DNA from: Takakia lepidozioides
Lineage: Eukaryota > Plantae > Bryophyta
Length of the DNA: 64,000 nucleotides
Reading direction: 5' to 3'
Assembly: GCA_030704615.1 (NCBI GenBank)
Contig: CM060734.1
Location: 33,790,001 to 33,854,000 of the forward strand
Shown: piece by piece, positions 50,680 through 63,800 of the stretch
Layout: each line of letters begins with the position of its first letter
Position numbering within the stretch: position 1 is the stretch's first letter
Position numbers and translations under genes: made by a program
The notes under the pieces: generated by a model
What the model was told of the DNA's origin: nothing
Database searches by the model: none
Seen by the model: the letters and a program-made list of their open reading frames with translations, nothing else

Positions 50680-51100
50680 AGAGCGACCGACACATGGTGG
50701 TCGATGTTTTTTTTTTCAAATATATTAAATAAGCGACCACCTATTGGCGGTCGCTTAATTCAAGATTCAGCTGTATTTTTACAAAATATATCAAATATGT
50801 AATAATAATAATATAATAAAGTACGAGCTACCGCCAATCTGGGCGGTCGCTTCATTTAAAACATAATAAACTTCAACCGACCGCCAATATAGGCGGTCGC
50901 TTATTTTAAAATATAATAAAATACAAGCAACCGCCAATATGGGCGGTCGCTTCATTTAAAAATTAATAAATTACCGGTGACCGCCAATATATGCGGTCGC
51001 TTCATTTAACAAAATATTAAATCACAAGTGACCGCCAATATAGGCGGTCGCTTCATTTAAAAAAATAAAAAAATACATGCGACCACCAATATAGGCGGAT
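50680..51100. repeat. ~50-bp-period array of palindromic GCGACCGCC-AATAT-AGGCGGTCGC units with A/T spacers
   Basis: About 8 units at ~50683, 50733, 50827, 50878, 50927, 50977, 51028, 51079. Confidence 0.9.
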
Positions 51101-51799
51101 GTTATTTTTTTTAAAGAAATTAATAAATATTAATAATTGGCCACGTCTGTTTTACACCGTGGCTGCCATGTCATTACAAAGGGTAGAAGTAAATCGTAAA
51201 AGTCAAATGTAAAAAAATTACATGGGTAAACGTCCAGATTCGACGTGACGTGACGCACGTCGGACGTGTCAGCGCCACGTCACGTTAGGAATGATAACTA
51301 GGATGTGATTCTCTCTTATCATTTTTTCCATCATTTTTTTTTCATTCCTTCGTGGAATTTCCCTTCTCCCGGGTGATTTCACTTTGTAGAGTACTTACAG
51401 GCTAATTTACCCCCCTATTTTCACATACAAAACTGCCCCCCTCCAAAACTTGTTGTTTGGATCTGAAATTTGGTGTGTCCTTAGGGTGCCCCACATTCAG
51501 AATGTGCAGGGCATATGCACAGGAAAAATAAAAAACATTGGGCAAATCCTTGGTCAAAGGAAATGTGATGGACTTGAAAAAACAACAATACAAAATTGTT
51601 ATAATATAGCAATTGGAACAGTCAAAAACTCTGTAATTTTGTAGGTAGGAACATGTAGTAGATAGGATGAAAGTCGTAAGGTTCATTTCCTAGATGTTTA
51701 GGGCCAAGGAGACATACCCTCATCCATGAAGATATACACGTTTTTGGGGGTGGCCTACCAAAAAATAGTTCGACGTTTAAGGGTTAACCAAGGAGGCAT

Positions 51800-51950
51800 G
51801 TGGATTTTACAAAACTTGCTACCATCATGGAAACAAAGGGGAACAAGTTGTTGAGAAATGTCAAAACGCGTTGGATTTCCATGTTGAGCCCATCCACGCG
51901 TGTGATGTCAGAATATCGTACCTTGCTCATGAAGATGGCCCTAGACATTG
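51800..51950 (+). pseudogene. hAT-family transposase fragment
   Basis: KLLRNVKTRWISMLSP.TRVMSEY (hAT TRW motif). Confidence 0.7.
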
Positions 51951-52222
51951 CTAGTTTTAATGGCCCGCAATCGATATATTTCCCATATGACTATTTCAAG
52001 TCTATCTATATGAATTCAATTCAAAGAGCTACTAAGGTGTCTTAGGCTCCCTCTAAAAATAGTTATTGACTGAAATTTGGTTGTATTCAAGGCCTCAAAC
52101 TGACAAGACGGAACTGTTCTTGGGCGTTGTTGGTGGGAAAGTTTTTTTTTATGTGTCTAAAGGTGGGGCAAGACGGTGTGGGTGACATTTCAAGGCCAAA
52201 CGTTTGATCCGTCCACACCCAA

Positions 52223-54305
52223 GAAGTCATCTAAAAACTCTTGTAAGATGTCATTCATCATGTGTTGAAAATTGCTGGAGCATTTGTAAGACCGAAAGGC
52301 ATAACACTGTATTCGAAATGTCCGTACATTGTGCGAAAAACAGTCTTTCATTCGTCTCATTTTTTAATTTGTACAAGGTTGTAAGCTTCTCTCAAGTCGA
52401 TCTTTGTGAAAAAATTTGCTCATCCAAGTTGTTCGAGGAGTCCGGAAATCAGCGGTAGTGGGTAACGATTTTTTATGGTGACTTTGTTGAGCCCACGATA
52501 GTCCACACACATGCGTAATGATCCGTCATTCTTCTCAACAAATAAGATAGGTGATCCCGCTGGTGATTTCAAATGTCGAATGAAATTATTTGACAAATTT
52601 TCATCAATGTATTCGCGTAAAGCAACCAGCTCCGTCTGAGATAAATTGTAGATCGGGCCGAATGATGTTTGAGCTCATTCTTGCAACTCAATTGCACAAT
52701 CATAAGGTCGATGTTCTGGCAACATGTCTGCATTTTTTTTCTCGAAGACATCCTTGAAATCTTGACCAGGGGTTGAATATCTTTGGTATTTTTGCATTTT
52801 TCTCTTGCCGAAATTTTTCGTGATCGCTAGTCGATATCAGGACTATGAAGTACAAACCAGGGAAGTCCAAGGATCACGGGATTCGTTGGAGACTGGATGA
52901 TATTGGAAACAATATGTGACGCTCGATTTTTAAGCTTCACTTCAAGGGGTCGAGTTTCATGGTCAATATTTCCTGATGCTAACGGTCGTCCATCTATGAC
53001 TTCAACATGAGCCGAAAATTTATTTCTTAAGAGTATTAAATTGTGTTGCTTCGTAAAGTCTTTGTCAATAAAACACGTTGAAATGCCCGAGTCCAAAAGT
53101 GCTTCTATGGAGATATCTTAATTTTGCATCATGATCTTTACTGGAACTGTGAAACAAGGTACAGAATCTGGAGGTAGAAAGAGATTTTTTTTTTGTGAGG
53201 AATTTGGGATGTCCAGCCGCATGGTCCCTACTGTGACTGGACATCTTTGATCGTTATATTTGGCGCCGTAGTAGCAGCGACATGGTGCGTCATCGACCAT
53301 CCAAATCGCTTCTCTTGACGTCTTTCGAACAAACGATTATCGCACGCAATGACTTGGGTGATGAATTCGCTCAGTGTACTCAAGTTTGACATTGTCAGCA
53401 GCAAATCTTTTACATCCTCTTTTAGGCCACATCGAAACTGACTATTGAGGCTCTTCTCATTCCATTCGAGGTCGCACGCAAGTTGTCAAAATTCGGCAGT
53501 ATAAACAGAAGCTGGACGTGCTTGTTGTCGAAGATTTCGCATATTTGTCTCTTCAACACTCTCTCTATCATTCTCTCCAAATGTTGCAGTGAACTCGGAC
53601 ATGAACGCTTCAAAATTGTATAGTAAATGCGAATTTTTCTCTAATATCGGTGCAAACCAAGATAGTAGTGTCTGATAGAAGGGTGCCCATGAATCCCACT
53701 TGAATACCTTCATCAGCGTTGTGGATGTAGTCGTAGGAACAATCGTACTTGTTGAACAAAACCGGGAAATCTTGATCTCGTCCCATCAGACTTTTCGGGC
53801 ATGCTGACCTTTGGTTCTTTTGTAATCTGTTGAAGATTTGGAGGAACCGTTGCAGTAGATTTGTTGTAGTAGAGATTCGTAAGGTTGAAGATCCATTGTT
53901 CGACTCCTTCAACTCTGAAATTTGTTGTTGCAAATTGTTGAGAGCGTTGCCAAGATCTTGAAATTGATCAGTTTGTAGTTGGGCAGTAGAGGCACGAAGT
54001 TCTTGCATCTGAAGCTGAAGCCTCTATTATGTAGCGATCATTTTCGCAAAGGTGTCTTCCATCTTAACTAACTAAGGAACAAACTTCAATCTCGCCAAAC
54101 TGTCAAGGACAAGAACATGACTAACAGTAACAAAAGATCAGACTAGAGGTACAAGACTGCACAAAAAGTCAAGGTCAGCATGGCCGAATGCATGATAAGT
54201 AAATATGAATCAAGACGATCTTATAACAATGAACAAGAGTACAAGATATCGGAACACGACTTGAATACTGGAATGCTGGAAACTGGACTGGAGTACTGAA
54301 GTACT
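52223..54305 (-). mobile_element. 5' half of a Tcn1-like chromovirus: partial LTR, PBS, gag, protease, RT N-terminus
   Basis: 54101-54305 matches the 3' part of LTR 35097-35718; gag LRQQARPASVYTAEF; PR LLDSGISTCFIDKDF, VILGLPW; RT ends at NDILQEFLDDF. Confidence 0.88.
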
Positions 54306-56106
54306 GTCCATTTCTAAATTAAATATTCCAATAAGTTTGTTAAATGAAATATTTGTATTAACATCCATTTTATTTAGTGTATCAAATACATCGTTTGCTA
54401 TCATTGTAATCTAAGCTCCATCTAAATCTTGTTGAAAAGGTTATAAATCAAAGTAAAATGCATAGGAGGTAATGGATAATAAAAACGGCATACTGCTTGA
54501 TTTTTTTTCGTACAATTCATTTGTGTTGATGAATATAGATCATCAAGAGTTAGATTGTAAATTATAAATGATATATATAAGAAATATACCATAAATAATA
54601 ATAAAAACCTTTAGAGCATATGAAAATAATAATGTTGTAATATTAATGTTAGTAGATGTGAATTGGTATATAAATTGATGGATCTAAAGGACCTAAAGGG
54701 ATCTAAGATCCGAAGAAAATTAGAGGTTTTGAAAAGTTGAAAACATATGGATTACTAGGTAGACTGAAAAAAATATTTAATAACTAAATATCTAAATTAA
54801 AATAAACACCTACATTCATTTACATAGATATGTAACAAATTTAAAAAAGAAGTAGAGATTGATAAATATGAGAATTTTTATATAGAGTAAATATGTTGAT
54901 TAATTACAACATATTTTTAAATGATATACAACAATTTCAAGAAGATAACACAACAAAATGAGTTTATAGTATATAATATAATTGTATTAGCTTCTAAAGA
55001 TTGAAAATATAAATACGATAAAGACTTAATATATTGAAATTAAATTATTTCTTAAAAAATAGTTCTTAATTTGCAACTCAATTGTTTTTAAAAAATAATA
55101 ATTTTTCATTTATATATATATATTGATGGATCTTAAGGGACCTGAAGGGATATGAGATCTGAATAAACTAAAACTACCATTGAGTGAGCGGCCGCTGCCA
55201 TTGCAGGGGACACGTAGGCCCCTATGCCCAAGATGCTGGAGGTTGTGGGGGCCCTGGTGCACCCATAGTGATCAATGATGGTCCATTATTTCCAGCACTG
55301 TTGACAAACATTACCTCATGTTTATTTACCACCTGTATACATGCCAAACATGAATAAGCACTGTTTTTTTCACAGACGTTCCAGCAAATTGAAGCAAAAA
55401 CAACACGAATAATGTTACAACCACAAGGGAAAGAGTTTCAGAATTGAACGCTTGAAACAACCATACCACAAAATGGTGTTTGCGAAATGTCCAATGGCGT
55501 CAGAGGGGTGTCTTGGGGCCATGCATCATAAGGGAAGATTAGAATAGCCATGAAGACTATGCAGTGCTCCAGAGACTACTGCAATCAGCATGGTTTCAAA
55601 AAGTGTATCAGGAATGAACACATAGTGAACTTGATATTCAAGAGAGGTTTCAAAACAAGACCAGAAATGAACATCAGCGACAGCCTTAGGAAAACCCAAA
55701 ATACTGGAATGCAAACCCAATGACACTGAATTGCGGTGCTGAAGCTAAGCCTGATTCTGCAGGGGGCTCCTACATGACCTTTCATCATAAAACCATGAAA
55801 AGAAAAGAAATAGGAAGATGAGAGTAGATAATAGACACCCACAATGATCTTGCAAGAAGCTTCACCAGGATCCTAGTCAGGTGGAATGCTAAGATATCCA
55901 TCTGTAATGGAAACCATGACCACCATTTTTGGCAGAAAATGAACAATTAATCAGTTTGGAACCCACAATCTATTCCATCCCCATTAATCCTATTCTCAAA
56001 TTACTCTTATGTGGACTCTCATTACACATGTAAATATCATGTCTCATATCAACAAGATCAGAGAGTTGTGGTGAAGTACTGAATGCAATCATGAGTCCAA
56101 AAATTA

Positions 56107-57132
56107 CCTCTGTTTGAAACTGCAGCTCACCACCAGGGCTACGCTCATCTTTTAAGTGTTTGACAACCACCAGTGACCCATCAGCCAATCCTTGTGTTTT
56201 CTTCCTAGAAACGTGTCACCGTACTGAAACCAAAAGAGGATATACAATCTCATTCCAGACTCATTTTGAGAGAAATAACAGATAAGCCAGCCTAGAAGTA
56301 GGGCAACAGATCTTCTGGAAAATTTCTGCTACTTGAGAACTTGTTTTCTTTTGCACGATTTAATCACTGTCTACAAAGCAGACGATAGTCATGTGTGGCA
56401 TACTATCTATCAATACACAGACCTCGGAAATAGAATTCGAGCAGTGTACATATACACAAATTTAAATTTACAGGAATCAATTTAGATTGCACTTGCAGTG
56501 TTGTTCTTGCACTAATGCACTGTTACATATATACCAGGAACATCTAAGAAGGCCTCTACAGGCCTGGCGACGTCGCCACCAGGCAAAGCCAATAGCTGGA
56601 ACTGCGAATAGCAAAGCGACACCCGCAGCCACGCCCCCCAGCAATTGCTCCTGTACTTGATGATTGTGAATTTCGTGTTGCATGAGCACATGATTTTGAT
56701 TGAGGCGATTCAACTCAAAGTGCTCTGCCAAAGTACTAGAGCACTAACCCAAGCCAGTTGTCCTATCAACGTTCTTTGTACCCAAGGCACCCTGGGCAAC
56801 ATATAGCTGGAATACAGGCTGGTGAGGATGCTTGTTAACTAAATTACAACTAAGGCTTACTCCCAACATGACTTTAAAGACACTGAAAAAAAAGCATAAT
56901 CAGCACTAACCCTAAGCTTCCATTAAAACTTAAAGCTGTAGGAGGGAGAACACTAGAGGGCAAGACCAGTGCCTAAACCTAGGAATTTGAGGATAAGAGG
57001 CATTTACATGGGTCACTGGATTGGCCATAAGGAGAGGGAGGTGGCTCGTATGGAGGAGGGGGAGGTAATGGGGGTTGTCCTGGACACTGCTTACCAACCA
57101 CTGTTCCACACAAATCCTGATTCCCCTGGAAA
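56107..57132 (-). pseudogene. SERK: SERK/BAK1-type LRR receptor kinase fragments (SPP exon, TM exon, part of kinase)
   Basis: FQGNQDLCG..CPGQPPLPPPPP; GGVAAGVALLFAVPAIGFAWWRRR; [28 protein letters not shown]; remainder missing. Confidence 0.88.
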
Positions 57133-57774
57133 CTGGACACATGAAACCCTACAAGTTCAAAACTTTTAAGTATGAGCAAATCAAACAGGAAGTCAACTCA
57201 ATCCTCACCAAAAAGAAAATTATGCGCGGACGTGTACCAAACAAACCATGGTAAAATGGGACATACAAACCTAAAGTTCCATAAAAAAAAATACTCGTGG
57301 CTACCAGAGTAAAACTCTTCGTTGTCCATCGGCCGCTATCCAGGTCTACCAACCACTGACACATCGGTTTAGGACTGGCAGAACCCGGTTCCTGGTTGAA
57401 TGTGTTATCCCCTCCTGTTCTGCATAAAACTGGGGATATATTTAGGAGAAATCACATGACAATCCAATGTTTGATCTTCTGGAAATACCAACTTTCAATC
57501 ATAGCCTCCCACCATCTATAGTCTTTATATTCTGAGACGTTGGCATAAGCTGCCACAACAAAATAGAAGGGGGATTAGGGCGATGCAAAACAAAAAAGAA
57601 ACAACTTACATCAACAAGGAAGAAAAGAGACAGAGACAGAGACACTCACAGTGAGTTTTCATGCGGGTGGAGCTGCGGCGGCGTTGGTGAGGAAAAGGCG
57701 AGGGGAGAGAGAGATGGCAGTTGTGTACGTGTCGTGTACATAGGGTGGACCAACAGGGGATAAAACAAAAGCAT

Positions 57775-57835
57775 GAACCTGGATTTGAACCCGCATGCTT
57801 GCGCCTTACGAACATAACCCTTACCACTATAATAT
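57775..57835 (-). other. Degenerate tRNA-derived (SINE-head-like) sequence
   Basis: A-box-like TAGTGGTAAG and B-box GGTTCAAATCC at tRNA-like spacing; no acceptor stem. Confidence 0.4.
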
Positions 57836-58227
57836 ACTCATATCTTGAAATACAACCCTAAAATATATATTTAGATATGTAAGAATAACTTTCAAATATG
57901 TATTAGGTATTCATTTGAGGAAGGTGTTATCTAGATCAGAAGGTGTAATTGGAGTTAGGAAAGGTGTTATGTGGGGAAGGTTATATCTGGAGAAGGTGTA
58001 GTTGGAGTTGGGGAAGGTGTTATTTGGGGAAGGTGTAACAGGGAGTTGACATTGTTTTTTACACTGATGGGTAGTCTCCTCTTTAAGGAGGAGCCAACAA
58101 ATAAACTATGTACCCCAATTAGGGAATTCCAAAAAGGCCTTGATGTGAAATGCATAGCAAATTCACTTGATCAGCCCCCTAAAAGTGTGCAATTCAATTG
58201 AATTGCAAAAACTAGCTTGAAAATAAC

Positions 58228-59093
58228 CAGTGTTGGGCGGTTACCCGCCGGAACCCAGGTTAACCGCCGGTTTAGGTTCAGGTTAACCGGAACCGGGCCC
58301 ATTCCTGCAGAACCTGCCCCGGAACCGGAACCTGCCAATGGGGATCGGCACAAAACCAAACCGGCGGTTCTTGCTGGGTGTGCGAACTTGAGAACCGGGG
58401 CGCATGGGGATAAAAACAGGTTCAGGTTCTTGAACCATTGGTGGGCCCTTGGCATAACATGGCATAACCCTGGAGAGCTGGTAGGCCCCATGGCAAAACT
58501 TCTTTAATGCTCTCAAGCTCCATGAGATCCTGGGTTCAATGCTTGAAGGCCATGACATTTTATGTTCAATGCTTCAACGCCATGAGATCTTGGGTTCAAT
58601 CTCCAGCTCCATGATATCCTAGCTAAGTTCATTAATGAAAATGTCAGAAGATGCCAATACTTGCCAGATAGCTGAATAGTAATTTCAACCCATAAAATGT
58701 TACCCATTTTCTTCTACCAGTTAATTTATAGTATTTTTGTTTGGTTTTTTTTGTGTTAGTGAAAACTAATAAAATCTTTGGATTTTAGTTAAAATATGTG
58801 AATACACTGCTATTTAATCTCCCGGACTGATAAAATATTTTAAATCTAATTAAATATTTTAAATTTAATAAAAGAAAAAAAAGAAAAAAAAAACGGAACC
58901 TAACCGGAACCGTGGTTTTAATCAGCAACTAACCGTAACCGGGACCGCCCCCATGTTTAAAAGTTGGATCCGGAACCAGACCGGAACCGGCTCAATAAAA
59001 AAAAATTGGAACAGGATCCGGAACTGTCTCTTGAAATATTTGTGGAACCGGAACCGAAGGTTCCTTCACAAATGCAAGAACCGCCCAACACTG
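58228..59093. mobile_element. Non-autonomous hAT element (MITE), 866 bp
   Basis: 15-bp TIR CAGTGTTGGGCGGTT / AACCGCCCAACACTG; 8-bp TSD AAAATAAC (58220-58227, 59094-59101); AACCGG subterminal repeats. Confidence 0.95.
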
Positions 59094-59587
59094 AAAATAA
59101 CCCTAATTTGCAATTCAGTTGAATTGTAATCTATAATTTTTAACTTATATATATATATATATATATTCAAGTTATACTTATATACATATGAGAGTATAAT
59201 ACATGTTGTCAGTCTATTCTCGCTGCCCGTCTATCCTATGCCCGTGAGGAAATCGTGGAGTCGTGAAGCCAGCCTCAGCGAGAGAGGGAGTCACGAAGCG
59301 CTTGGAGGAGAAGTAGTGAGAGAATAGTGCAACACCAAATGACAAGATCTGGCCATGAGTAAGCACATTCTTATACCGGCATGAGTTCCCCCAATGGCGG
59401 CCAAAAAGATCGGAAGCAATGATCAAACGCATATGTAGCCATTCGCACGTCGACCAGCTTTAAAGTTCTAGTTCCTAGAGGAACGGCTTTATCATCCGTG
59501 ATTCAATTTGTATGTCCTTTGGTTGAGTTTTCTACTGTTTTGAAGCATGTTGCAGACTCCGTGAGAATAGTTTAGCACACGAATAAA

Positions 59588-62500
59588 TTAACCAAGATCA
59601 TCTAATAGGCTAGACCAGCCCCAAGCAGCCAATATGCCATGATAATCGAGGGCCAAGGGTTGCTGATCTGCACAAAGGTTGAGAAGAGGGGCAACATCAG
59701 CAGCAACAAGGTCATCCAAGATGAGCATATGCCTGCTGACAGGAGAATCAACCCGTGTGAGTGCATCAACATTCGTGTTTTCCTTGCCCTTTTTGTAGAC
59801 AATATCCATGTCAAATTCCTGCAGGTACATAGCCCATCTAGCAAGTCTGCCATGAAGTTCCATTGGCTTGACAAGAGCCTTTAGTGGAAGATGATCAGTC
59901 TCTACCACAAACCGGCTGCCATGCAAATATTGCCTGAAATGCTTCACACCAAAAACCAGGGCTAGACCCTCCTTATTAGATATGAAATAATTCATTTCAT
60001 GACGATCTAGACGACGAGATGCATAGGCTATTACATGCTCCTTGCCTTCTACAACTTGACATAAGATTGCAGAGATGGCAACATTTGATGCATCAGTCTG
60101 AAGCAAGAAAGGTAACTCAAAATTTGGAAACATCAGGATGGGAGCTGAACACAAAGCCTTGCGAAGGGTGTCAAAAACAGCCAACAGAGGGTCCATTCAA
60201 ACCTGGCATCTTTGCACAACACCTTGGTTAGAGGGTGAGCAAGCTTGACAAAGTTCTTTATGAAGGGCCTATAATAAGAAGCCAGACCAAGGAAGGATTT
60301 GATACAATGTTTATCCCTAGGGATAGGAAAGCCCCAAACAGACTCAAGCTTGGCAGGATCAGGAAGCAAACCATCTTTGGACAGAACATGACCAAGGAAG
60401 TGCAGCTCATGCATGAATAACTCACACTTCTTGGGCTTTACTTTGAGACCCGCAGTGCGCAATTTACTGAAAACACGTTGCAGATCAGCTAAGTGAGCAT
60501 CAAAACTGGCGGAGTAAACATTGATATCATCGACATAAATTAAAGCACACTCCCAGCGAAGATTGCCCAAGACAATGTCCATGAGGCGTTGGAAAGTAGA
60601 GGTGACATTGCATAAACCAAAAGGCATGGTCTCATATTGATATTTGCCCATTTGACATACAAAAGAGGTTTTTTCCTTAGCAGCTTCAGTAAGAGGAACT
60701 TGCCAAAAGCCAGACGCAAGATCAAGAGAGGAAAAAATTGTGGCACCATGCAATTGATCCAAGGTCTCATTAATCCTGGGTAATGGGTATGCATCTTTTT
60801 TTGTGATGTCATTCAGCTTTCTGAAGTCAACACAGAAACGGAAGGTGCCATCTTTCTTACCAACCAGGACAATCGGACTGGCCCAAGGAGAAACTGAAGG
60901 CTTAATCACGCCAGCATCAAGCATTTTCTGGACTTCTTCTTGGATGACAGTACGTTCCTTGACACTCTCATGGTAAGCAAATTTTTTAATAGGAGCCCTT
61001 TCAGTGACAATGTCATGTTGGAGAATAGGAATGCGCCCTAGATCAGTGGATCCCAAACTAAAAACATCTAGATTCTTTGCAATAAGCATTTCCACTTTCC
61101 TTCTTTGTCCTGAGGAGAGAGTTGTGCCCAACTTGATTTCAGATAAGACTTTGGTGAGGGTTGTCTTACCTTCTGGGCTGAGATCAGGGACAGGTGGTGG
61201 AGCAACTGCAGCAAAAGTAGCAACCTCATCTAAAGGGCCATGTTGGATGCCAATGGCCTCAATTCCAAAGCCAACATGCACCTCTTGTATTTCAGCAATG
61301 GGCAAAGCAGTGATGCGAGCCAGAACCTGCCCCTTTTTAATAGTCACAGGGAAGTGCTCAGGATTAGCAATCAGGATCTTGACTTCTTGCCTATATCCTC
61401 TATCTAGAATACTAGTGGGCACCAGGCAATGCTTAAGGGCAGTCAATCTCCTCCATTCTTCAACTTCTAGGAAATGAGCAGCTGGACATAAGAAGGCCAG
61501 ACTAGGCTTGACCACCTTCTGGGTCAAGGCAGGGATGGTGATGTTGAGGGGTGCACGAATTAGAGTAGAATTCCTTGGAATAGCTATGGGTACCCCTGTC
61601 CTATCCCTAGCACCAGGAACATGTCACTGATATAAGAGTTGAAGATCAGGCTGAAACTTGTGGAAATCATTCCAATTGAGGTTGGAGTGAGAGTTCTGCT
61701 GTACCTCCTTTATCAGGGCCTGGACTATGGACAAATTGGTTGTAACAGACCCAGCCTTGATCTTCACTGCTTTCAAGGGGACCACTATTTCATGCCCTTC
61801 TCCATTGTTAAAGCGAAAGGAGTAGTCTGCTAAGTTGATGGTGGCACCAGCTCCAGTCATCCAGTCAAGGCCTAGAAGGAATTGATCTCCAATGGTGACT
61901 ATGCAGGTAACCACAACCTCTTTCTTATGAATTATGATGGGAACAGTGACTAGTCCTAAGGGCTCATACCTGGATCCATCTGTAATAAGCACCTCAATAC
62001 CTGTGGCAGGGCATAGCTTAAGACCAAGAACTCTCACAACACTTAAAAGGTATAGCAGATATAGTGCATCCAGTGTCAACCACACAAGGAAAGCTGAGCT
62101 CGTGGATATGGCACTCGGCCATGAGGGGACTGATTTGCTGGCCAGCAGTCTGTCGACTGAGAGGACAATGCAAAGCTTTAAAGTTAGTAGATAAAAACAG
62201 CTTGAATCGGAACAGAAGAGACAGGGTTGGTAGATGATGGACCTCTTGCCCCCTTCCCAAGAGATTGTGCTAGTTTAAAGGAGGGGAAGAGCCATTAGCT
62301 GTCTTCTTGTTCTTGATCAGCTCTGGTAGCCCTGCTCTGTCTGGACAATGCTTTGTCCAGTGTTCAAAAGACCCACAAATGTAACAGGCGGCACGATTGC
62401 CCTCATAGGCTTGCCCAGTCTGGGTTCGACCTCTATTGTTACCCCCTGTCGTCCCTTGGCTATGTCGAGGCTGCCATCTCTGTTGATGAGTCTGCATGGC

Positions 62501-62880
62501 AGCAAACTGAGTGGCCACAGACTCACTAAGACTTCCCACGGTATTAGCTAATCCCTGAAGAGTAAAATCATCAGCTTTGTATGTCATAGCAGGAGGAACA
62601 TAGGGTGAGGATGTTGCAGACATGCCAAGCTCTAAGCCCACTGGAGATTGAAACTTGGCATGATGTTGCATTGATTTGCTGTTAGCCAAGTCTGCCATTT
62701 TAAGATTGATTTCTGCTAACATAGTCTTGTCATTGACAAAATGACGTCGCTGAGCCCAATTCTGAATAGTGGAAGACAACCCAAGGAGAAAATACCTTTT
62801 AACCATACGATCCCTCTCTGCCGGGTCTATGATATTTTCAACAACAGCAAATTTAAGATCCATGTAATACTTCCACAAGG
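59588..62880 (-). mobile_element. Truncated Ty3/Gypsy element: gag (CCHC), protease, dUTPase-like domain, RT, RNase H; no integrase or LTR seen
   Basis: CYICGSFEHWTKHC; VVDTGC; LDRGYRQEVKILIAN; RFCVDFRKLN, YVDD; LQTDAS, TDHLPL, LARWAMYLQEFD. Confidence 0.9.
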
Positions 62881-63099
62881 GCGGATGCCTCCGCGTGAGC
62901 GTGTGAGCGCGGCCAAGCTCACGCCACATCACCGGTTCTCGCCACGTTGGCTCATGGGTCCGACGCCACGTCAGTAGTCTTCGCCAGCGTGGTTAACGCC
63001 ACGTCACGCCTCACCATGTCATTTCCACGGGCTTACCTATGACCGCAGACAGAACAGGGAGAAATGGGCCTATAGTCGCGGAATTGGTAGCCGTAGACT

Positions 63100-63139
<40 letters not shown>

Positions 63140-63141
<2 letters not shown>

Positions 63142-63800
63142 ATTTGACATTCGGCATTTGGGTGGATGTGATGATCGGTGCCGATCATTACTGTGGTTTA
63201 TTTATTTATTTTATTTTATTTTATTTTTTGCTTTTGACATTTGGCATTTGGGTGGATGTGATGATCGGTGCCGAAAATCACTTCTGTTGGTGCCGCCGAT
63301 CATTTTTTTTAAAAAATAATAATAATTTTAAATACTTTTCTTTCATTCGGCATTTGGGTGCCGACCATCACATCTATCGGTGCCGCCGATCATCACTCTC
63401 CGTTTTTTTTTTTTGTTTTGTTTTGTTTTTTGACATTCGGCATTTGGGTGGATTTGATGGTCGGCACCGACCATCACTTCTGTCGGTGCCGCTGATCATC
63501 ACTTTCTGTTTTTTTATTTTATATTTTTATTGGCTTTTGACATTCGGCATTTGGGCGGATGCGATGGTCGGTGCCAAAAATCACTTCTGTCAGTGCCGCC
63601 GATCTTTTTTTTTGGCTTTTGACATTCGGCATTTGGGTGGATGTGATGGTCGGTGTTGACAATCACTTCTGTCGGTGCCATCGATCATCACTTTCCGATT
63701 TTATTTTATTTTATTTTATTTAAATAAATTTAAGGTGGCTTTTGGGTGGATGTGATGGTCGGTGCCGACCATCACTTCTGTCGGTGCCGCCGATCATCAC
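63140..63800. repeat. Tandem ~90-125-bp units (TGACATTCGGCATTTGGGTGGATGTGATG.TCGGTGCCGA..ATCACTTCTGTCGGTGCC) separated by T-tracts
   Basis: About 7 units; probably subterminal repeats of a DNA transposon. Confidence 0.85.

Noticed and set aside
50680-51100. CRISPR array
   Set aside because: Spacers are short, mutually similar A/T tracts, repeats are degenerate, no cas genes, eukaryotic context.
57775-57835. Functional tRNA gene
   Set aside because: Only A/B-box-like motifs; no pairing acceptor stem.
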